A stretch of DNA of 41,741 bases, from the IMG/VR virus record IMGVR_UViG_3300027719_000011; one strand, written 5' to 3'. The translations under genes and the position numbers were made by a program. The notes under the pieces were generated by a model, which was not told the DNA's origin, did no database searches, and was given only the letters and a program-made list of their open reading frames with translations. How positions within the stretch are numbered: the first letter of the stretch is position 1; each line of letters opens with the position of its first letter. The stretch is from a virus. Of this stretch, positions 1-7,923 are shown in pieces.

Positions 1-127
1 CCAAATTCTAATTTGATTTTGGGCATCAGAACACCTCAAACATCATTTCGGTACCGGCCAGAACAATGTTGGCCAATTCTGCGCCGAGTGTGATTGACGA
101 ACTTGAGGTTTCAGTATAACCTGTGGC
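1..127. repeat. Terminal direct repeat, copy 1. It is identical to 41615..41741 and looks like a circular-closure overlap.
   Basis: Comparing the first and last lines base by base shows bases 1..127 equal to 41615..41741. The repeat lies inside coding sequence, at the junction of ORF 26..514 and ORF 40249..41640. Confidence 0.95.
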
Positions 128-514
128 CAGACGGGTGCCGTTCATATAAACGTGCAAGCCGCCAGTTCCAGGAGTGTAGGTAGGAGTCGCGAAAACTGCC
201 TGGCCGTTTGAAGTGGCCACAACAACTGTCGCAGGAGTAATGGCTCCACCACCCACAGTAAAATTGTCGATGGTGCTGACAATCGCATCGTCTGCATCGG
301 TGATAACGAGTTTGTACAAACCTGATCCAAATACCTTAGCGGTGCCGCGAGAATCCAGTATGATTGGTTGTGCGGCAGGGGTTGCCCCCGCGTAATCGGT
401 GTACATATTTTTGAGGGTAGTAGTCCCTGCGGCATAATGAAGCACCTTGCCAGCAGCGAGATTGGTTCCGTCGATGTCTTTAAGACCTGCGGCCAGTAGT
501 TGAATTAGTTGCAT
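26..514 (-). CDS. Tail-fibre or tailspike N-terminal-like virion protein (162 aa)
   Basis: The N-terminus (KDIDGTNLAAGKVLHYAAGTTTLKNMYTDYAGATPAAQPIILDSRG) matches a pattern I remember from phage fibre and tailspike N-termini. Its stop overlaps the ATG of the nozzle-like gene (ATGA) across the circular junction. Confidence 0.45.
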   Translation of the reverse strand: MQLIQLLAAGLKDIDGTNLAAGKVLHYAAGTTTLKNMYTDYAGATPAAQPIILDSRGTAKVFGSGLYKLVITDADDAIVSTIDNFTVGGGAITPATVVVATSNGQAVFATPTYTPGTGGLHVYMNGTRLATGYTETSSSSITLGAELANIVLAGTEMMFEVF

Positions 515-939
515 GGTGCCTCCCGAGTAATATCAAATATGTGCAAAGTTGCTTTATCGTCCTTCAGCAAGGCGGTTAAAACCCGAAAAGCTGACTCAGA
601 TTGGACGACATCAAATAGGCCGTCTGCATCCAGGTCGGCAAAACGGAGGCCGAGCAATAGGCAGCCGTGAGTATCGCGGGGGAAGTTACCTCTGTGCCCG
701 AGAATGCCCGAGCGGCCTTCAACCCCGTGGACTCTAAAATGGTCTTTAAACTTGGTGCTGACTTCGGAAGTGACCGCGTACACGCCTGTCGGTATGCAGC
801 TGACATTGCGCTCATTGTCGCGCCAGGGTAGTTCCAACACTGCGAATCGGCCAACTTCACTGACTCCATCATACACATGAAGCCAACCGAGTGTTCGGTC
901 AGCTTCTGTTCTCAATCTATCCAGCACCAGTTTTTTCAT
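505..939 (-). CDS. DUF5675-like protein, putative endolysin with a YkuD-like H...GC signature
   Basis: It contains LELPWRDNERNVSCIPTGVY and GILGHRGNFPRDTHGCLLLG, which fit the remembered DUF5675 pattern. It sits directly after small membrane proteins, as in a lysis cassette. The enzymatic role is inferred. Confidence 0.5.
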   Translation of the reverse strand: MKKLVLDRLRTEADRTLGWLHVYDGVSEVGRFAVLELPWRDNERNVSCIPTGVYAVTSEVSTKFKDHFRVHGVEGRSGILGHRGNFPRDTHGCLLLGLRFADLDADGLFDVVQSESAFRVLTALLKDDKATLHIFDITREAPCN

Positions 940-942
940 ATC

Positions 943-1164
943 TTACCCCTTGTCATGCTTGCGAATAAATCTTTTCGCGTCTTCATCATGGCGCTCAATG
1001 TGAAGCATTATCAGCGTCTCGATGTCGTTCCGGTTCTGCAGCACCTGCTCTTCGATCTTCTGTGCAAATGTGGTGATCTTCATGTAAATCTTTGCAAGCC
1101 CGAGTACAATTCCCAATGTCGGTACGTGTGTTAAAACGACTTTTAATATTTCGGCTTCTGTCAT
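943..1164 (-). CDS. Small single-TM protein, lysis-associated (holin, antiholin or spanin-like)
   Basis: It is 73 aa, with a hydrophobic segment (VPTLGIVLGLAKIYM) followed by a charged helical tail. It lies 3 nt upstream of the endolysin candidate. Confidence 0.4.
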   Translation of the reverse strand: MTEAEILKVVLTHVPTLGIVLGLAKIYMKITTFAQKIEEQVLQNRNDIETLIMLHIERHDEDAKRFIRKHDKG

Positions 1165-1269
1165 AATCTCTCAATTCTCCGTCAGGCAGTTTGTTAAGCG
1201 CAATCAAGACCAACGCTAATACAAATATGTCACACATGTTGCACCTCATAATCCTATTGTACCTTAGAA

Positions 1270-1560
1270 CTAACGTTTCCTCAATAGCTGCAATATCTCG
1301 TCTATGTCCCTACGTATCTGCGTAGTTTCTGCACTGGCGCGATCTTCACAACGCTGCATCTGAGGCAACGTAATAACATATCCACAGCACCAGACCGCAA
1401 ATAGCGCACACGGTAACCCAATCAGTAGTAGGCTTGTGCTGCTCAGATTCAGGTAGCCTTTCAGCGTGGTGGATTGCGCGAGTAGCAGTGCAAGGTTTAC
1501 CAGCCCTACGATCTGATAGCCTCGGTCGATTCGATATTTTTGTTTGAATAGCCATTGCAT
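1270..1560 (-). CDS. Two-TM holin-like membrane protein
   Basis: It has two hydrophobic segments (IVGLVNLALLLA and LLLIGLPCALFAVWCCGYVI) and a charged C-terminus. I prefer the ATG at 1560 over the GTG at 1563 because a GGTGG Shine-Dalgarno sits upstream. Confidence 0.45.
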   Translation of the reverse strand: MQWLFKQKYRIDRGYQIVGLVNLALLLAQSTTLKGYLNLSSTSLLLIGLPCALFAVWCCGYVITLPQMQRCEDRASAETTQIRRDIDEILQLLRKR

Positions 1561-1714
1561 CACGCCACCACTTCACGAATTGCATTGAGTCCACTGACGG
1601 TCATTCAGAATCTCCAGTCTGTCCAGACTGCCCACTCATGCCGATTCACACCGACATTGAGTGAGCCGAAACGTTTAACAATCAGCTTATCGCGGAACCG
1701 AAACTGTTGAAGGT

Positions 1715-2173
1715 TCAGATCCGCGAGAGGAGCTTTCCCAGAAGCACATCGAGCTGGTCATCAACCCATTTGTTGAGGTCGGCTTTGTAAAAGCCTGAGA
1801 GAGCTTTCAACCGATCTTTGGCTATGCTATTGGCGCGGGCTTTGAGAGTTGCCCATTCTGTCTTGTCAATCTTGCCGTCTGTCAGAGCTTTCTGTGCTTC
1901 AACAGACAGCTCGCCGAGAGCTTGAGTCAGCGCATCGGCTACAACTGCCGCGCCCCTGAAGTGCATTAATTCTTTCAGGTAGGCATTGAGCAGAGGGATT
2001 GCCTGTTTAACTAGGAAACCCAACATAACCGCAAGACCCGCCCAAAGTGCCTGGAGGATCTGAGAAAGTATTGTCGGCTCGACTGCAGGAGTATCAGCAG
2101 TAAGCTCCGCAGTCTGAGCAGAACCCATGGTTACGATGAGAAGAAAGAGAACGACAAATAAAAGTTTTTTCAT
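1715..2173 (-). CDS. Membrane or secreted protein with a signal peptide, a second TM and a helical domain; possibly an LL-H-type holin
   Basis: It starts MKKLLFVVLFLLIVTMGSAQT, then has the TM segment LWAGLAVMLGFLV and an alanine-rich helical tail (DGKIDKTEWATLKARANSIAKDRL). An AAGGAG RBS precedes it. Confidence 0.4.
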   Translation of the reverse strand: MKKLLFVVLFLLIVTMGSAQTAELTADTPAVEPTILSQILQALWAGLAVMLGFLVKQAIPLLNAYLKELMHFRGAAVVADALTQALGELSVEAQKALTDGKIDKTEWATLKARANSIAKDRLKALSGFYKADLNKWVDDQLDVLLGKLLSRI

Positions 2174-2184
2174 AAATAAGCTCC

Positions 2185-4155
2185 TTATGGAATAGTTCCG
2201 GTATCGTGGACGTTGTTGAATGGGGTCAAGGTTGAATCCGTCAGGTCGATGATCGCGGTCGTGTATGGGCCAGAAATATGATTGCCCTGAACGATGCCTT
2301 TCGATGTGCCTTGAGCATAAATGCCCATTGTCGCTTTGCCCGCTTCGTCGATAATGGTATTGCTATTGATTGCTAACTGGTACGAGCCAGATGCGATGCT
2401 GATACCCGCGCCAGCAGATGCCACCGATTCACTCTGATTTGGATTTATGATCGTATTGCCCGTAACGTTAAAGACAATGCCGCTCAAGCTTATGGAGTTC
2501 TTGTAGCTACCTTCAATCAGATTCCCAGAGATGCTGATGCCCTTTGAGCCGGTAATAAACGTGGTTCCCGCTATATCCGCCGCACCCACATTGCCTCGGA
2601 AATAGTTGTTGCTGATCACATATGCTCCGCCACGTGCAGCTACAATAGCCGCACTCGCATCAAGTCCGTTGAGAGCAAAAGTGTTGTTTTCAACCCGATA
2701 TGTATGCACGTTAGAAAAAGCCGTAAACAGACACTCTTTAACATTCCGCAAGAAGCTGTTTCCAGAAATGTTGATCTGACTGGTGACAGTAGCAACGCCT
2801 GCGATGTAGACCGATTCCTGAGTGCTTCCGCTGACACTGTTGTCTATAAAGTCAATGCTTTCCGCACGAACCAGCGCAGAGGTGAGCAATGCCCGCACGC
2901 AAGATTCAAACGTGTTATTTGACACGCTCAACCTTCGTGGATGGGACGCAATGCCGCTGCCCGGTGCGGTTACAAAAACCCCGCCTACAGGGACATTGAA
3001 GAAGTGATTATCAGACACGATAGCAGATCCGATCGGTTCATTAAAGGCTGTACCGGAAGTGGTAAATGTCACACTCCCGGCATTGTGAGTCTCGGTCGCA
3101 GTTGTCGGGCGGTAAATGTTGTTTTCAGTAAACACAATCCCGTCCCCGCCCGCAAATACGGCCGCCTGTCCGGTCAAGGTTTCAAACTTATTCCCACGCA
3201 CCACGATGTTGTCTGCGGCTAATGTCTTGTCAGTCGCGCCTCCTGAGCCGCCCGCACTGCTGATCGCGAAGTTGTGCCCGATGCCCACGGTCTCATTCGG
3301 CTGGGTCTTATGTTTGAATGAATTGTTCTCGATTGTTACATCTGCGCAGGCTGGGTACATTCGTACCGGATTCAGTGGGCCACCTGAATCAGTCCAGCGA
3401 TTGTTACGGATCAATGCTCCACGGGTGAACCAGAGCCACACTTCTGGCCCCTGGCCATCCCGAAACACATTGTTCTCGATAGTTACACCCCGATATGGGA
3501 AAGAATACGGGCTTGTCCAGTCGCCCTCAATAAAGCAAGTGATGAACTCATACCCTAACTTTGCGCCATTTCCGGCAGGGTTGCTGATTGTAAAGTCACA
3601 ATTCTTGATAGCCAATCCGCTGATTGTCTCAGAAGCAACCGTTGCATGCACGATTGCTGCGAGCTTGGTTTCTGTTACATCGGCGGCAGGATTCGGTGTG
3701 CCCGTCACATTGATATCCGCAATCACATTCTCAACTGTGACGTTGTTGCAATTCACGAACTCAAAAAGCCACATGCACTTCCCTGGAGTTGTCGCCGACC
3801 CCATGTCGAGGTCGCTGGTAAACTTTGCGCCGTCCATGCCTACGATTTTTACGTTGTCCACACCGGTTAGCTTGAAAGCACTCCACAAAACACGGGAACC
3901 CTCAGAGGTGGCTGCACCCGCTGGGACTACCCCATATGTTCCGCCGGGGATTACGAATGTCACATTGCCGCCAGCGGCTTGGATATAGGCTGCGGCAGAA
4001 GCAAGAGCCGGGGCATTATCGAAGCCTGCCGTTGCTCTCGCACCAAATGTTCGGAAGTCAACAACGGGTGTCCCCTGCAACTGCAACCAATGCGGTCTGG
4101 TTTGCGCGGATAAGCACGAAGAAAGTAGAAAAAAGGCGATTAAAAGCTTTTTCAT
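2185..4155 (-). CDS. Signal-peptide right-handed beta-helix protein, pectate-lyase or depolymerase-like
   Basis: I start it at the MKK codon (ATG 4153..4155), which has an AAGGAG 7 nt upstream; the ORF track start at 4179 would add 8 residues. The signal peptide MKKLLIAFFLLSSCLSAQT is followed directly by a Pectate_lyase_3-like start (FGARATAGFDNAPALASAAAYIQAAGGNVTFVIPGGTYGV) and many N/G/I-rich beta-helix coils. Confidence 0.65.
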   Translation of the reverse strand: MKKLLIAFFLLSSCLSAQTRPHWLQLQGTPVVDFRTFGARATAGFDNAPALASAAAYIQAAGGNVTFVIPGGTYGVVPAGAATSEGSRVLWSAFKLTGVDNVKIVGMDGAKFTSDLDMGSATTPGKCMWLFEFVNCNNVTVENVIADINVTGTPNPAADVTETKLAAIVHATVASETISGLAIKNCDFTISNPAGNGAKLGYEFITCFIEGDWTSPYSFPYRGVTIENNVFRDGQGPEVWLWFTRGALIRNNRWTDSGGPLNPVRMYPACADVTIENNSFKHKTQPNETVGIGHNFAISSAGGSGGATDKTLAADNIVVRGNKFETLTGQAAVFAGGDGIVFTENNIYRPTTATETHNAGSVTFTTSGTAFNEPIGSAIVSDNHFFNVPVGGVFVTAPGSGIASHPRRLSVSNNTFESCVRALLTSALVRAESIDFIDNSVSGSTQESVYIAGVATVTSQINISGNSFLRNVKECLFTAFSNVHTYRVENNTFALNGLDASAAIVAARGGAYVISNNYFRGNVGAADIAGTTFITGSKGISISGNLIEGSYKNSISLSGIVFNVTGNTIINPNQSESVASAGAGISIASGSYQLAINSNTIIDEAGKATMGIYAQGTSKGIVQGNHISGPYTTAIIDLTDSTLTPFNNVHDTGTIP

Positions 4156-4159
4156 GCGC

Positions 4160-5176
4160 CTACTCCTTATACCAAACAAGAGCTACGAAAGGCTTAGAAA
4201 GAATATTCTCGCTGTTGGTTGTATGGTTTTGCACTTGCACTGTTGTTGCGTCAAATAGCCACGAATATTCAAGGCCGACACCAGCGCCCATTGTAGTTGT
4301 AAACCCTGAGCCAAGAGCGGAGTTTGTGTCATAAAACACTTGGACTGACACACCGACAATTTTGGCTCCGGTCAATCCGTGGGCAACGCTGCCTGCCGAA
4401 CCTTCTGCTGCTGCTGTGGTTCCTTCTAACACTTTCATCTTAACAGGCGTAGAACCTTGTCCAATGCCAACATAGCCGTTAAGCTTCGTAAGGACAACAG
4501 AGTCAGAACCAAGGGTGACAGAGTTATCACCAGCACCAATGGCATCATAGCCTATAACAATTTCGTTGTCTGAACCATTTTCTAAAGCTCTAACGCCTCT
4601 GCCAATAAATACACTATGGTTCACTTCAGTCAGATACCCAAGAGTTTGATATGTTCCTGCGTTTCTACCTATCATAACATTGTTAGAGCTTGCACCACCG
4701 GTCTGGAGTGCCTGAAGTCCTATACCAATATTGTATTCGCCTGTTGAACCCTCCCCGGCTTCATGCCCAAGGAATACATTGTATCCACTTGTGGTTATAG
4801 CCTTGCCTGCTCCTGAGCCAGCCGCGAGGTTGCCAATCCCTGTGGTTACATTCTGTAAGGCATGGTATCCAAGGGCAAGATTATAACCACCTGTTGTAAT
4901 CTTCCACATTGGCGCATTTTCACCACTCGGCATCTCTGGCATACCAAAGCCCATGTTGTGCACCCCGGTAACGGTGGAGTTACCGCAACCGCCGGCAAAC
5001 ATATTGGTTCCTGTAGCCGTCAGCGCATCAAACCCATTGAGCTGGTATTTAAGCGAGTCTACCGAGGTGAAGGATGGAGTTGCACTGATTTCGGGCGGAG
5101 GAATCGTAGGGCCGCCTGCAAACGCGATGACGACTGAGGTCAGAAGCAGAAAAATGAGTGTGAATTTTTGTTTCAT
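4160..5176 (-). CDS. Signal-peptide protein with YadA-head or fibre-like N.A.G repeats
   Basis: The signal peptide is MKQKFTLIFLLLTSVVIAFA. It carries repeats such as GYNLALGYHALQ, GNLAAGSGAG, YNVFLGHEAG, YNIGIGLQALQ and DNSVTLGSDS. Confidence 0.55.
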   Translation of the reverse strand: MKQKFTLIFLLLTSVVIAFAGGPTIPPPEISATPSFTSVDSLKYQLNGFDALTATGTNMFAGGCGNSTVTGVHNMGFGMPEMPSGENAPMWKITTGGYNLALGYHALQNVTTGIGNLAAGSGAGKAITTSGYNVFLGHEAGEGSTGEYNIGIGLQALQTGGASSNNVMIGRNAGTYQTLGYLTEVNHSVFIGRGVRALENGSDNEIVIGYDAIGAGDNSVTLGSDSVVLTKLNGYVGIGQGSTPVKMKVLEGTTAAAEGSAGSVAHGLTGAKIVGVSVQVFYDTNSALGSGFTTTMGAGVGLEYSWLFDATTVQVQNHTTNSENILSKPFVALVWYKE

Positions 5177-5179
5177 AGT

Positions 5180-5638
5180 TTATTCCCCCCAGGCTGTAAA
5201 GGTCGCGGTAGCTACAGCGGTACCATTTACCATCACCGCAAAATTGATCTTCGACTGTTCAGGGCGACGAGATTCCCATTTGAAAGTTGATCCGTTGGTG
5301 ACCTTGGAACCCACATAGATGGTACCGGTAGCCAGATCAGTTGGGTGGTTGATAATCATATCCGCGCCAAAAGCGGTCATAGTGAAGCCCTTGGTTCCTC
5401 TGGGCAGAACAATGTAGTTGCTGCCCGGGTGATCCGCGATCCAAGTGGTGTAGGAAGAGGGTGCAGTTGAATAGATAAAGGTGGGAACCAAGTTACTCAC
5501 TGATATGGTGGCAGTGGCAGCGTTATTGGCTGCATAAGAGAGATAGCCTGCATTCTGATCCTGCTGTACTGCCGTATCACAGAATGCGTTAGATGCGATC
5601 AGGGTTACAAAAAGCAGAGTCATCAGAATGTATTTCAT
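5180..5638 (-). CDS. Small signal-peptide beta-rich protein (152 aa)
   Basis: The signal peptide is MKYILMTLLFVTLIASNAFC. An AAGGAG RBS precedes it, and it is tightly packed with its neighbours. Confidence 0.5.
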   Translation of the reverse strand: MKYILMTLLFVTLIASNAFCDTAVQQDQNAGYLSYAANNAATATISVSNLVPTFIYSTAPSSYTTWIADHPGSNYIVLPRGTKGFTMTAFGADMIINHPTDLATGTIYVGSKVTNGSTFKWESRRPEQSKINFAVMVNGTAVATATFTAWGE

Positions 5639-5654
5639 TTAAAATCTCCTTAAA

Positions 5655-6341
5655 TTAGACAGGGTAAACGAAAAAGGTGTCTTTGGTCGCATGACTTTTG
5701 CGCTGTGCTTCATCGAGCAAACGCTGATATTTACCGTCGAGATACCCACACCGCTCAATCGGGAGTGCGTATTCGTCGGCCAGTCGGGAAGCGAGACCGT
5801 AGATCAGAACATCTGTCCACAGCTCGTCGAATATCTGAGTGTCGGTACCGTTGCCTGCATTGGCCTGCTTAACCAACGCACGGTAATAAAGGGTGCAGTC
5901 TACCGGGGTAATGGGGTAGAAGGTCAAAGCCACTGAAGCCACGTTCAATGTGGATCTATCGAACTGTGCCATGGCCACTGTGGGGTTTGATATTTCTATC
6001 GACTTGTCGCTGAAAGCCTGATCGAAAAAGTTGGAATCAACCAGGCGAATCGGAGAATCCAAGCCATCGGCGGTGCGGATAAAACAGTTGAAAAGGTCGA
6101 TAATGTCGCTGGAACCGGTCAGAGCAATGGATCGAGTGCTGGCCGGGAGCGCCTGTGTGCGCTGGACGATGTTCCAACGCAGTTCTGTAGATGCCTGTAA
6201 ATGCTTAATAAGCCCCTCAAGAGCTTGAGCGGCTTCTACAACCTGTTCTGGTTCGGGTAAATCCCCTTGGGAGATTACTGCACACTTACGCAGAGCAGCT
6301 ATGATGATATTATCGCGTGTGACCGTGAAGGTGTTCGCCAT
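5655..6341 (-). CDS. Head-to-tail adaptor (P22 gp4 / T7 gp11-like)
   Basis: The N-terminus (RDNIIIAALRKCAVISQGDLPEPEQVVEAAQALEGLIKHLQ) resembles the start of P22 gp4 (LVRAALRKLGV...). It lies downstream of the capsid gene and has an AGGAGG RBS. Confidence 0.55.
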   Translation of the reverse strand: MANTFTVTRDNIIIAALRKCAVISQGDLPEPEQVVEAAQALEGLIKHLQASTELRWNIVQRTQALPASTRSIALTGSSDIIDLFNCFIRTADGLDSPIRLVDSNFFDQAFSDKSIEISNPTVAMAQFDRSTLNVASVALTFYPITPVDCTLYYRALVKQANAGNGTDTQIFDELWTDVLIYGLASRLADEYALPIERCGYLDGKYQRLLDEAQRKSHATKDTFFVYPV

Positions 6342-6358
6342 TGTGGCCTCCTAAGCCA

Positions 6359-6385
6359 ACCCGCCCCCTTTATCAGGAGGCGGGG
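6359..6385 (-). terminator. Stem-loop between the 136-aa gene and the adaptor gene, possibly an attenuator
   Basis: CCCCGCC (6359..6365) pairs with GGCGGGG (6379..6385), and three further inner pairs are possible. Only UU follows on the minus-strand transcript, so this is not a canonical terminator. Confidence 0.35.
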
Positions 6386-6397
6386 TAGACTTTGAAG

Positions 6398-6808
6398 TTA
6401 CTTCTGAACTTCCGCGATGACCCTGGCTACTACACTCGCTGTCCCGGTCGCGTTGTTTACAACGTAAATGTCGGGAGTAGTTTCACCGGGATAGATCGGG
6501 ATTCTGAGATATCCGTTGGCTGCGATTGTCGGCCAGATGCCATCAGTAGAAGTGGTAACTGTGCTGGAACCGTAGTTGATCGCACCACCTTTAGCTGTGA
6601 TTATGATCGCCACAGTCCCTGCTGGAAGTGCGCTGATCTTCTGGGCAGCATCTGTGATAGCGATAGTGGAGGTTGCAGGGTTTGCGTAACCTGTGATGGC
6701 TCCAGTATTGCTATTAAGCGGGGCACCTTTTTGAATGGTGGACATGGTCTGAGAGAAACCGGCAGTAGCCAGCAGCATGAACACAAATAACATAGTGAAT
6801 TTTTTCAT
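6398..6808 (-). CDS. Small signal-peptide beta-rich protein (136 aa) directly after the capsid gene
   Basis: The signal peptide is MKKFTMLFVFMLLATAGFSQT. An AAGGAG RBS precedes it, and hairpins bracket it on both sides. Confidence 0.5.
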   Translation of the reverse strand: MKKFTMLFVFMLLATAGFSQTMSTIQKGAPLNSNTGAITGYANPATSTIAITDAAQKISALPAGTVAIIITAKGGAINYGSSTVTTSTDGIWPTIAANGYLRIPIYPGETTPDIYVVNNATGTASVVARVIAEVQK

Positions 6809-6832
6809 TGTATCTGCTCCTTGCAGTTAGTT

Positions 6833-6854
6833 AGGCCGCCCCGAAAGGCGGCCT
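6833..6854 (-). terminator. GC-rich hairpin just downstream of the major capsid gene
   Basis: AGGCCGCC (6833..6840) pairs with GGCGGCCT (6847..6854). The minus-strand loop reads UUUCGG, which is UUCG-like. No U-tract follows, so it is more likely a partial terminator or an mRNA-stabilising hairpin. Confidence 0.45.
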
Positions 6855-6864
6855 GTCAGGTTGG

Positions 6865-7905
6865 TTAGGCCGGTACGTAAGCTACAACAGCGTGAGAGGC
6901 ACGGTGGTTGGATGTAGAGGTGTCATCTGCATCGAGTCTGAGACCCTTCACACCGTAAATCATGTCTGAAGTTACGAGAGTAGCAAGGTATTCCTGCTTG
7001 TACTGTGCCTGAACACGTACATCCATCTGGATTGCGCTGCAAAGAGCATCTTTATGGGCAAGGATACACTGGCGAACAGCGGTAGTGCCATCGGCGGCAA
7101 AGTGCTGTGGGCAGTTGGTGGTAACCATGACTTTGATGCCATAGATTTCACCGAACATGCCAGTGGTCAGCTCTTTGGTGCGGCCAATGTTCTGGAAAAG
7201 GGTGAATTTGTCGATGCCGAGAAGAGCATTCTTCTGACTTGGAGGAATGAAGAGTGCGAGTTCGTCAGCAGGCACGTTGTTGTCTTCAAGTGACTGGATC
7301 ATGCGGCGCAGGCCTGCGTCAGTAATATCGGCTGCGTTACCGGCACCTGCACTGTTCCACTGAGTAACCCCGTCAGAACCGATTACACGGTATGCGGCGG
7401 GCAGATTGCCTGCGCCTGGTACCGATTCGGTGAAGGTGATCGCGCCAGTGGTACCGTCGATGACGACAGTGGCGGCTGGGATAGCCAACAGGTATGAATC
7501 GAGCAGGAGAGCAAGAGCGTGACCGGCTTTCTTGGTGTATTCACCGCGAAGGTCGTATCTCTGCTGAACCATGAAGAAGTCTTCATACAGCTTGGAAGCC
7601 TCGAAATGCTTGTCAAGCACGATGTTGATCAGACCTTCTTTCTGGGTCTGAATAGTTACAGCTGCGGTTGTCGCTTTGGCGAATGCTGCCATGTTGCTGA
7701 TGAAAGGTACAACAATGGTGTCGCCTTTTTTACCTTTGTGGTTGATGCGCTTGAAGAAATTAGCGGCCACAAGGTTTTTCTCACGCTGAATGAGAACTTC
7801 ATCGCTCCAGATTTTTGGAACGAAAGTATTGGCGGCCTGCTGGGCTGAACCAGCTGCGCCTGCTCCACCACCGACTGCGTTTGTTTGTGCGGGCCAAGTA
7901 GTCAT
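6865..7905 (-). CDS. Major capsid protein, HK97 fold, T7 gp10-like
   Basis: FVPKIWSDEVL and YDLRGEYTKKAGHALALLLDSYLLA parallel the remembered T7 gp10 segment YDVRSEYTSQLGESLAMAADGAVLA. It sits after the scaffold gene and has a strong AAGGAG RBS. Confidence 0.8.
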   Translation of the reverse strand: MTTWPAQTNAVGGGAGAAGSAQQAANTFVPKIWSDEVLIQREKNLVAANFFKRINHKGKKGDTIVVPFISNMAAFAKATTAAVTIQTQKEGLINIVLDKHFEASKLYEDFFMVQQRYDLRGEYTKKAGHALALLLDSYLLAIPAATVVIDGTTGAITFTESVPGAGNLPAAYRVIGSDGVTQWNSAGAGNAADITDAGLRRMIQSLEDNNVPADELALFIPPSQKNALLGIDKFTLFQNIGRTKELTTGMFGEIYGIKVMVTTNCPQHFAADGTTAVRQCILAHKDALCSAIQMDVRVQAQYKQEYLATLVTSDMIYGVKGLRLDADDTSTSNHRASHAVVAYVPA

Positions 7906-7923
7906 AGTAAATACTCCTTAAAA

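Noticed and set aside
1-127. Interpreting the 127-bp terminal repeat as a biological T7-like direct terminal repeat
   Set aside because: It lies within two coding sequences and interrupts a translationally coupled gene pair. An assembly overlap of a circular or permuted genome is the simpler explanation. This is kept as a testable alternative in the findings.
995-1249. An 84-aa ORF overlapping the 73-aa membrane protein gene in another frame, considered as an embedded o-spanin
   Set aside because: It has no lipobox (no L-x-x-C after the hydrophobic segment) and no convincing RBS. The embedded-spanin idea is unsupported.
3116-3988. A 290-aa plus-strand ORF inside the beta-helix gene
   Set aside because: It is antisense to a well-supported 656-aa gene with clear domain motifs. 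Its translation is low-complexity, lacks an RBS and looks like a shadow ORF of GC-rich coding DNA. The same reasoning rejects 10681..11433 (+), 11464..12018 (+), 25148..25813 (-), 29066..29809 (-), 31136..31558 (-), 31938..32381 (-), 33452..33910 (+) and 40087..40653 (+).
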